This document shows positions 15,095 through 22,134 of a stretch of 32,000 nucleotides of DNA, piece by piece (the stretch's first letter is position 1; each line of letters opens with the position of its first letter). The notes beneath the pieces are model-generated. The model searched no databases. It saw nothing but the letters and a program-made list of their open reading frames with translations, and had not been told where the DNA came from. The DNA is from Candidatus Anammoxibacter sp. (GTDB lineage: Bacteria; Planctomycetota; Brocadiia; Brocadiales; Anammoxibacteraceae), in the NCBI GenBank assembly GCA_021777105.1, contig JAIQZQ010000131.1, positions 5,079 to 37,078 on the forward strand. The letters run 5' to 3'. A program made the translations under genes and the position numbers.

Positions 15095-15220
15095 TATAAA
15101 CGCGGATAAAAGCCAAAATATTGGGTAGGTTGGGTAGAGGCACGCAAACCAACAACATGGTAATCTGTGGTTGGTTTGCGCTCAGTTCTCGGCGCCTTGC
15201 GTTCTGCGAATGGTTGGCGC

Positions 15221-16594
15221 CTACATGTTTTTTATGATTCCGCCTGAAAGGGGATGGATTTTGTGCCGCACTGTGCGATTGAAGAATATATTACCATTAA
15301 ACGTATAACGGTATGGTTGAATATTTGTTCCCCATTTAAGTATGTTTGAAAAACGATATAGTATGCTGTTAAAGCTGTAAAACTTTTTGTAACAACTCCA
15401 ATACAGCTCTTCCAGCTCCTCAGGCTCAAAATTTTTCGGTTTAAAAACAACGTGAGCTCCATCGTATAGGGAGTAATTTCGATGCAATATCCTGCCCTCT
15501 TCTGACAATTTTTCAAACAATCTAGTTTGTGGAAACGGCGTAAGTATAGAAAATAACGCTATATGAACTTTGCGCTGTTTTAAGAAGTCAATGGTACGCT
15601 CAAGTGATTGTGGCGTGTCGTTGTCAAAACCAACCATTATCCCTACGTTTACGTCTATGCCTGCATTTGTATACACGCGCAGTATTTCCGGCAATGGGTG
15701 TTTTTTGTTGTGAGTTTTGCCCACTGCGGCAAAGTTGTCTTGAGAGATGCTTTCCAATCCTATAAAGGCGCTGATGCAGCCTGCCTTTTGCGCCAGTTCC
15801 AACATGTCCGTGTGTTTTAATGATTTTGTGCTAAATTGGCCATACCACTTTATATTTAAAGGGATCATTCGTTTAAACAGCTCTTTTGCCCTGGCCGGAT
15901 CTGCGTTAATATTGTCATCAACAAAAAAGAAGAAGCTATCCTGGAGCTTGCTTAATTCCTCTATTACATCGTCAATAGGCCTTTGCCGAACCTTGTGTCC
16001 AAACATGAAATTGGTGTAACAGTATTCGCATTTATGCGGGCAGCCTCTTGCAGTTTCAACAGGTACTCGCGGAAGTTGGCTGTCACTTACACCCTTTACT
16101 TTCAGATATTTATCTGTATTTAAAAGGTCAAACCGGGGCAAAGGCAGATGGTTAAGGGCGTTATCTTTCGTTGACGTATATACCTTTTGCAGTTTGCCGG
16201 CTTTGAAATGGTCAAGAGCCAAGGGCCAGGTGTCTTCAGCTTCACCTATAATAATTGAGTCAAAATGGGACTCAACTTCGCTCTTAACGCAACTTATGCC
16301 CACGCCTCCGGCTATGACTGTGACACCTCGTTTTTTGAACTCTCTGCTTATTTCAATAGCTCTTGGCACCTGAGCCAACAGAGTTGTAATGCCCACCAGG
16401 TCCACTTTTATATCAAAATCAATATCATCTATAAATTCGTCCACAACCTCAACATCAAATTCAGGAGAAGTAAGCGCCGCTAAATAAGGCAGCGCGAGCG
16501 CTAGTTGGAGGGCTTTGTCAAATTTAATTAATTTACCGTCTTTTCCAAATTTAGATGCTTTAATAAGAAGCAATTTATAGGTTTTATTAATCAT
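15221..16594 (-). CDS. B12-binding-domain radical SAM protein
   Basis: The N-terminal cobalamin-binding-like Rossmann region is LVGITTLLAQVPRAIEISREFKKRGVTVIAGGVG. The cluster motif ARGCPHKCEYC is a canonical CX3CX2C. The C-terminal helical region is typical of this class. I prefer ATG 16594 (MINKTYKLLLIK, with AAGGA upstream) over 16624. Confidence 0.85.
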   Translation of the reverse strand: MINKTYKLLLIKASKFGKDGKLIKFDKALQLALALPYLAALTSPEFDVEVVDEFIDDIDFDIKVDLVGITTLLAQVPRAIEISREFKKRGVTVIAGGVGISCVKSEVESHFDSIIIGEAEDTWPLALDHFKAGKLQKVYTSTKDNALNHLPLPRFDLLNTDKYLKVKGVSDSQLPRVPVETARGCPHKCEYCYTNFMFGHKVRQRPIDDVIEELSKLQDSFFFFVDDNINADPARAKELFKRMIPLNIKWYGQFSTKSLKHTDMLELAQKAGCISAFIGLESISQDNFAAVGKTHNKKHPLPEILRVYTNAGIDVNVGIMVGFDNDTPQSLERTIDFLKQRKVHIALFSILTPFPQTRLFEKLSEEGRILHRNYSLYDGAHVVFKPKNFEPEELEELYWSCYKKFYSFNSILYRFSNILKWGTNIQPYRYTFNGNIFFNRTVRHKIHPLSGGIIKNM

Positions 16595-16641
16595 GTTTTT
16601 TTGTGTCCTTGTTTTTATAGTCAAAAATTATAGATTTACGG

Positions 16642-16675
16642 CTGTAGGTTCAAGTATCCTGACTTGAACCTACAG
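16642..16675. repeat. Perfect 14-bp-stem hairpin (family C) between the ketosynthase and B12-rSAM genes
   Basis: CTGTAGGTTCAAGT-ATCCTG-ACTTGAACCTACAG. A second family-C unit lies at 16767-16797. Confidence 0.9.
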
Positions 16676-16829
16676 GTAATTAGTGATTGGTTTGCATTTG
16701 TCAACAATCACCGACATTACTCCGCGTTCCGCTTTTTGCGCTCAGCTCTCCGTTCCTTGCGCTTCGCGTTTCAAGTCAGGAGGCTTGAACCTACATAGTA
16801 TTTGGCACACTCCATAAGCCATAATGTAA

Positions 16830-18104
16830 CTAATACTTGCACAAAACAAGCGCAGCGTGTGTTCCGCCGACACTGTGCGTGTTTATGAGCGCGACGTCTA
16901 CATTGTTTACCCTTGCTGTGTGCGGAACGTAGTCAAGATCGCATAACGGGTCCGGATTGTCAAGATTGATGGTTGGCGGGATAATACTGTTTGAAATGCT
17001 CATGGCCGTTGCAACAGCCTGAAAACCTCCACCGGCGGCAAACGGTTGTCCTGTCATTGATTTTATTGAACTTACAGGTATTTCATAAGCTAAATCTCCA
17101 AAAAATCTTTTAAACGCTATAGTCTCTGCAATGTCATATTGAGGCATTGCGTTGCCGTGGGAGCAAATGTAATTAACGTCGCGTTTGTCGATCCTTGCGT
17201 TTAACAAAGATTGATTCAACGCCTTATCCAGACCGCGCGCGTTTAAATCTATTTTTACAACATCGTTCCCGTCCGAGGTAGAAGCGTACCCTGCTATCTC
17301 CGCATATATATTCGCCTTTCTGTTAAGCGCATGGTTAAGGTCTTCAATTACCAGGGCAAATCCGCCCTCGCTGGGCACCATGCCGTCGCGTTCAGCATCG
17401 TAAGGCCTTGAAGCTTTTTGCGGATCGCTATTCCGCGTTGATATGATCTGAAGTTGCGATAGCGCGGATATTGAGAATGGAAACACGGGCGTGTCTGCGC
17501 TGCCGACAATAGTCACGTCGGCTTCGCTTGCCTTTATTTTTGCAAGCCCCCATGCTATTACATCAAGGCCGGTGGAGCAACCTGAACTAATGCTTGCGTT
17601 TGGCCCGCATATATTGTACTTAGTTGCAACATGCCCTGTTATTATATGAGGAGAGAACTCTACTGCGGTAAATGGGCTTACTCCGGTAATTCCTTTTTCC
17701 ATAAAATTTTGATATTGGCGCGCAAACAGATGGTTTTGCGCGCCTATGGTTGTGCCAAAGCATACGGCGCATCTATTGCCGTTTTCATTATTAACGCATA
17801 AACCAGAGTCGTTTACCGCCATAGTTGCTGCGCCTATGCTGAAGTGCGTAAACCGACCGCTTCTATTAACCAGACTTTTGCTCATGTATTTAGTTGCGTC
17901 AAAATCCTTAACTTCCCCGGCTATTTGAGTTGTGTATTTCGTTGGGTCAAACGCTGTTATTTTGGCAATACCTGATATCCCGTTTGTTAATGAATGCCAG
18001 TATGAATCTTTGTCAATGCCGTTAGGCGCGATAATGCCTAACCCTGTAATAACAGCTCGTCGTCTCGTTGTAAACATATTGAATTTACTATTAATTAAAA
18101 ACAT
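16830..18104 (-). CDS. Beta-ketoacyl synthase, FabF/KAS-II-like, with a Cys-His-Gln active-site pattern
   Basis: [15 protein letters not shown]; active-site Cys in [10 protein letters not shown]; first His in [23 protein letters not shown] aligns with E. coli FabF VSSTKSMTGHLLGAAG, and the C-terminus [20 protein letters not shown] aligns with FabF [20 protein letters not shown]. An alternative start is ATG 18077 ([12 protein letters not shown]). Confidence 0.85.
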   Translation of the reverse strand: [424 protein letters not shown]

Positions 18105-19869
18105 TTGTAGATGCCAATTTAGAGCTCTGGTGGTTTACTTTGCATTGCACAGTGTTTAAAAAATTGTAATTAGCGGTTAATAGGGAGAGCGTTGACTGTT
18201 GTTTAAAATCTACAAGTCCTTGCATGCCGTAAAAGCCCGCGCTTCTGGCAACAAGACACTGCTCGTCGGTAACGTTTACGGTGTAACCGAGCTTTTTAAC
18301 CTCACTTTCCATTAGTGTTGTCAAGTTTGCAATGCCTTTAAAATCTACTTTGTTCAGGGTTAATTCAAGTTTTGGCCAGGTTGTGGGATCTTGTGTTAGC
18401 ATAAATTCATATCTCAAACCTTGTTGAACAAAGTCTTTTCCAAACGTGTAGTTAAAATTTTCATTGGGATTCCACCATTTTGTGCCGGGCAGAGGCACTG
18501 CCGGATTGATCATGATTGAATCAGGTTGTATGTTGTCTGCCTTAAGTGTGTTTAGAAACTCTAAATTATCTTTTAAAACCTGATCCATGGTTATATCTGT
18601 TGAGCTTGTGGGGCATGGGTAGATAAAGCTCAGGCCTACGTCAATGTGTTTGCCTGTGTTGTTGGATGCGGCCTTGATTGCCTTTACGGTGTGGTAGACG
18701 TCGTATATTGTGAGGCCTTTGTTCATTGTCTGGTTAAGGATAGTGTTGTTTGCGGATTCAACGCCCATGAACACGGCTTTGAGGCCGGAGTTTATTATGG
18801 TTTCGTAGTGGGGTATTAATGAGTCTGATTTATCTTTGGCTCCTTTTTCAGGTCTGACAAACATGCTGTACTCTATGTTCAGGCGTTCAAAAATTATCCT
18901 TTGGGCAAGTCGCGATGCCAGTGTCATGGGTGTGGTTGAGCCGGCAAAGCGGAAAAGGGCGGTTTGTTGATGTTTGATCATATGTTTGATTTCGTTAATT
19001 GTTTTATACTCGTCCCTTTTTCGATACGGGCCTGTTATTTGTGGGTGGGTGCAGAAGTTGCATTTGCCGTAATGACAGCCGGATGACTCGAGGATGACGC
19101 CGATCTTAAGTTTGTGGTCTATGTTCTCATAAAGGGGGGCGGGCTTTTCGTTTAAGGGGACTCTGACTGTTTGTGTCTGTTGTATGGAGCCTGCGGCCCT
19201 GTATATGAGGTTGAATATTGCGCCTTGTTCGGCCATGGCGGTTACGCGTTTAACAATGTCGGCTTTTGCGGCGCCGGTTGAGGCCATCTCTTTTGCGAGT
19301 TTGACTATGGTGATAAGGGCGACTTCGCCTTCGGCGTCTATGCAGAAGTCGAATGGGCTGAAGCGCAGGCTCTCTGACTTAAACTGGTTGACCTGGGGGC
19401 CGCCGGCTATTATTAATGTTTGTGGGCTTATTTGTTTGACTTTATGGGCAAGTTTCTCTGAATAGACAAATCGGTTGCCAAGCCAGGTCTTTATGCCCAG
19501 TACTGTGACGTTGCGCTCTTTAACCTTGTTTGCAAGGGCGTTTATATAGCCGGCCATTCGCTGGGCGATGAGACTTGAGAGTTGGTTTTGAAGGGCGTCA
19601 AACCTGGCTGTTAACTCGTCTTTGCCGGATGTGGGGCCGGGATCGGCAAGTTGCATTGCTACTTCGGACAGCTCGGGGGAGATGTCGTTTTGGGTAAATT
19701 CGTTGTAAAACGGGATGTTTGCGGGGTCTTCAATCAATACGCTCAGGCCCGCGTCCTGCGCGGCGCGGTTTAAGACGGCAAGGCCGTTTTCCATAAATGC
19801 GTCGCTTATGGAATATGCTTTGCCCATAAATGAGTTCCATATCATTAGGTCGATGTTTTTGTTTGTCAT
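18091..19869 (-). CDS. Radical-SAM-type protein with a B12-binding-like N-terminal domain and a CX4CX2C motif
   Basis: 592 aa. The Rossmann-like region is VTVLGIKTWLGNRFVYSEKLAHKVKQISPQTLIIAGGPQV. The Cys motif is ESSGCHYGKCNFCTH. VFMGVESANN resembles the rSAM GxES motif region. The gene abuts or overlaps the ketosynthase gene. Confidence 0.7.
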   Translation of the reverse strand: MTNKNIDLMIWNSFMGKAYSISDAFMENGLAVLNRAAQDAGLSVLIEDPANIPFYNEFTQNDISPELSEVAMQLADPGPTSGKDELTARFDALQNQLSSLIAQRMAGYINALANKVKERNVTVLGIKTWLGNRFVYSEKLAHKVKQISPQTLIIAGGPQVNQFKSESLRFSPFDFCIDAEGEVALITIVKLAKEMASTGAAKADIVKRVTAMAEQGAIFNLIYRAAGSIQQTQTVRVPLNEKPAPLYENIDHKLKIGVILESSGCHYGKCNFCTHPQITGPYRKRDEYKTINEIKHMIKHQQTALFRFAGSTTPMTLASRLAQRIIFERLNIEYSMFVRPEKGAKDKSDSLIPHYETIINSGLKAVFMGVESANNTILNQTMNKGLTIYDVYHTVKAIKAASNNTGKHIDVGLSFIYPCPTSSTDITMDQVLKDNLEFLNTLKADNIQPDSIMINPAVPLPGTKWWNPNENFNYTFGKDFVQQGLRYEFMLTQDPTTWPKLELTLNKVDFKGIANLTTLMESEVKKLGYTVNVTDEQCLVARSAGFYGMQGLVDFKQQSTLSLLTANYNFLNTVQCKVNHQSSKLASTNVFN

Positions 19870-19892
19870 TTGTGATTTGTCACTGGTAATTA

Positions 19893-19961
19893 GTAATTTG
19901 TAATTTGTAATTTGTAATTTGTAATTTGTAATTTGTAATTTGTAATTTGTAATTTGTAATT
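19893..19961. repeat. Heptamer tandem array, GTAATTT x9.9
   Basis: Perfect 7-nt periodicity, starting 24 nt upstream of the rSAM start codon (19869). Confidence 0.95.
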
Positions 19962-20099
19962 GCGCTTCGCCGACATTTGTTAATTGTTATTAGAGCCCCG
20001 GCGCTTCGTTTCGCCGGCCCTGGGCTGGTATAATTGAAGCCTTTCAGGTTGTTTTGGGTATTTCAATTTTTGCCGGTTGCGAACAGCTTGTGGTTTTTA

Positions 20100-20134
20100 C
20101 CAATAACCAATAACCAATAACCAATTACGAATTG
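20100..20134. repeat. Heptamer tandem array, CCAATAA x3 plus variants
   Basis: CCAATAA CCAATAA CCAATAA CCAATTA CGAATTG. Confidence 0.9.
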
Positions 20135-20418
20135 CTTTTATGGGCCGGGATTTTTCCTGTTGGGGTTTGCTTTGGTTTGGGGGAGCCTGGGTTTTGGTTG
20201 TTATTGAAATACAGGCGAAGGGGCGGCTGTATTTTCAAATCTTTTGGGATATTAGGCGCGCGGAGGAATTAAAACATCCTATCTCGCATCAGTCTTCAGG
20301 GAGTTCCCTGTTTGCGCGAGGACAAGCTTTTGCTCAATCAGATTGATCAAATTTTGCTTAAATCTGAACGCGATTTAGGACATTTTATCTCTTCCGCGTT
20401 GCGCGCTGCTTTGTTGAA

Positions 20419-21777
20419 TTACAGTTTATCCAGTTTATACCGCAGCCTGCGTTCGGTTATGTTCAGTAACTTGGCTGCCGATGCGATGTTGCCGTCGGCT
20501 TTCAGGATAGCTTGCGATATCAGCTCTTTTTCAAATTCAAAGACTGATTCGCCGAACGTTTTAACTGCTGTGCTGTCTAAATCAGACGCGGGGTCGTAGA
20601 CTGGAATATTGGTTATAGCGCTTAACAGACAATCCTCCGTGATTATTTCAAGATGGCCGTTTAATGATAATGCCCTTTCAATGATGTTGCGCAACTCTCT
20701 GACATTGCCGGGCCAATTGTAATCAATAAGCGCATCAATCGCTTCGTATGAGAACCTGATTGCCTTGCAATTGATGGATTTCTTAAGCACGGCGATAAAG
20801 CGATCAACCAGCAGTGGTATATCCTCTTTGCGATCGCGCAACGGGGGCAGTGAAATCGGGATTACATTTAGCCGGTAGTAAAGATCCTCGCGAAACGCGC
20901 CGTTTCCAATCGCGTTCGTCAGGTTCCTGTTGCTGGCTGAGATTATGCGCGCTTCGGTTTTAACTACCGCTGTGCCGCCTACTCTTTGAAACTCTTTCTC
21001 CTGAATTACGCGCAGAAGTTTTGCCTGCAGGGTCAACGGCATTTCAGTTATTTCGTCAAGAAATATTGTGCCGTCGGCGGCGATCTCGAATTTGCCCCTC
21101 CGTTTTTCGTCGGCTCCTGTAAACGCGCCTTTTTCATGGCCGAAAAGCTCGCTGTCGATTAGCTCGGTATGCAGGTTTGGGCAACTTACCGCTATAAACG
21201 GTTCGTTGCTTCTGCTGCTTCGGGAATGAATTGCTCTGGCAATAATCTCCTTGCCGGTGCCGCTTTCGCCTGTGAGAAGCGTGTTGGAATCAATGGCGGC
21301 GGCTTTGTTTACAAGTTCTATAACAGAGCACATTGCCTGGCTTTTGCCCACGACCTCATCAAATTCGGAATTTTGCTCTTTCAGTACTGCGCGGAGGTGT
21401 ATTACATCGCGTAGCAGTTCGCGTTCCTCAATGGCTCTGGCGGCAAGCAGTCGCATCTCGGTAACATTCGGCGGTTTCATAATAAAGTTTGACGCGCCTA
21501 AATGTATGCCTTTGATGGCGGTTGATATATCTTGTATTCCCGTGACAATCAATACCGCTGCGTCTATTGACTCCTCTTTCATTCTTTGCATTAGTTCTAT
21601 GCCGCTGATTTCCGGCATGAGCAGGTCAAGCACTACTAGAGCAATATTGGTGTTGCTCAATATTTCCAATGCTTCCAGGCTACTGGTCGCAGTGAAGATG
21701 TTGTAGCTGTCGTTAAGAATCATGCTGAATGACTGGATCGTTCCCGGTTCGTCATCCACTATTAATACGGAATACAT
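20419..21777 (-). CDS. Sigma-54-dependent response regulator (NtrC family): REC, AAA+, Fis-type HTH
   Basis: REC domain: [21 protein letters not shown]. Walker A GESGTGKE, an intact GAFTGA loop, the ELRNIIERA sensor region, and the C-terminal [25 protein letters not shown] prefer ATG 21777 (MYSVLIVDD), which has GGGGGA 7 nt upstream. Confidence 0.9.
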   Translation of the reverse strand: MYSVLIVDDEPGTIQSFSMILNDSYNIFTATSSLEALEILSNTNIALVVLDLLMPEISGIELMQRMKEESIDAAVLIVTGIQDISTAIKGIHLGASNFIMKPPNVTEMRLLAARAIEERELLRDVIHLRAVLKEQNSEFDEVVGKSQAMCSVIELVNKAAAIDSNTLLTGESGTGKEIIARAIHSRSSRSNEPFIAVSCPNLHTELIDSELFGHEKGAFTGADEKRRGKFEIAADGTIFLDEITEMPLTLQAKLLRVIQEKEFQRVGGTAVVKTEARIISASNRNLTNAIGNGAFREDLYYRLNVIPISLPPLRDRKEDIPLLVDRFIAVLKKSINCKAIRFSYEAIDALIDYNWPGNVRELRNIIERALSLNGHLEIITEDCLLSAITNIPVYDPASDLDSTAVKTFGESVFEFEKELISQAILKADGNIASAAKLLNITERRLRYKLDKL

Positions 21778-22134
21778 GATTTGATCCCCCAAACCGGCAA
21801 ACTAAATGCCGGTTTATCTAAATTGTATTTTCTATATAAATTCACAGGACTCTATATGTTGTTGAATTGGCTCGCAAGTAGTTAGAGACACATCCTTAGT
21901 TGCTTAAGCGCAACTAGCTGGATGCTCTTTTGTTAAAACTACAAATGCTATTTGTGGTTGTATTTGTTAGTATACAATACAACTTTGCCGAGAGCAACCT
22001 GGAATTCTATTTTTACATAAAGTTCTCCTTTTTCAAATAAAAAGTAAAGGGTGGCAAGTATTAAGTAATATGTAATCCGGATAAACCGGCAGAGTGACTA
22101 AAGTGAGCTAAAGTTTTTGTAAAAATCCATGATT

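Noticed and set aside
15221-19869. Calling the rSAM / ketosynthase / rSAM cluster a ladderane-type or membrane-spanning-lipid pathway
   Set aside because: The resemblance is only at the level of 'KS next to B12-rSAM'. No lineage markers, ACP, desaturase-like or glycerol-ether genes are present. Without homology searches any named pathway would be invented, so the cluster is kept as an unassigned candidate.
19890-19976. 28-aa ORF (MSAKRNYKLQITNYKLQITNYKLQITNY) ending 20 nt upstream of the radical-SAM gene. It is tempting as a repeat-core RiPP precursor.
   Set aside because: The repeats are the GTAATTT heptamer array read in frame. There is no Shine-Dalgarno. Equivalent arrays sit next to unrelated genes, so the adjacency to an rSAM enzyme is most likely coincidental. 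Only peptide mass spectrometry or conservation of the reading frame in relatives would revive the idea.
20128-20149. Sigma-54 promoter upstream of the rSAM operon (minus strand, CCCGGCCCATAAAAGCAATTCG)
   Set aside because: GG and GC are separated by 9 rather than 10 nt, and neither TGGCAC nor TTGC is matched. No other candidate exists on that strand in 19870-20418.
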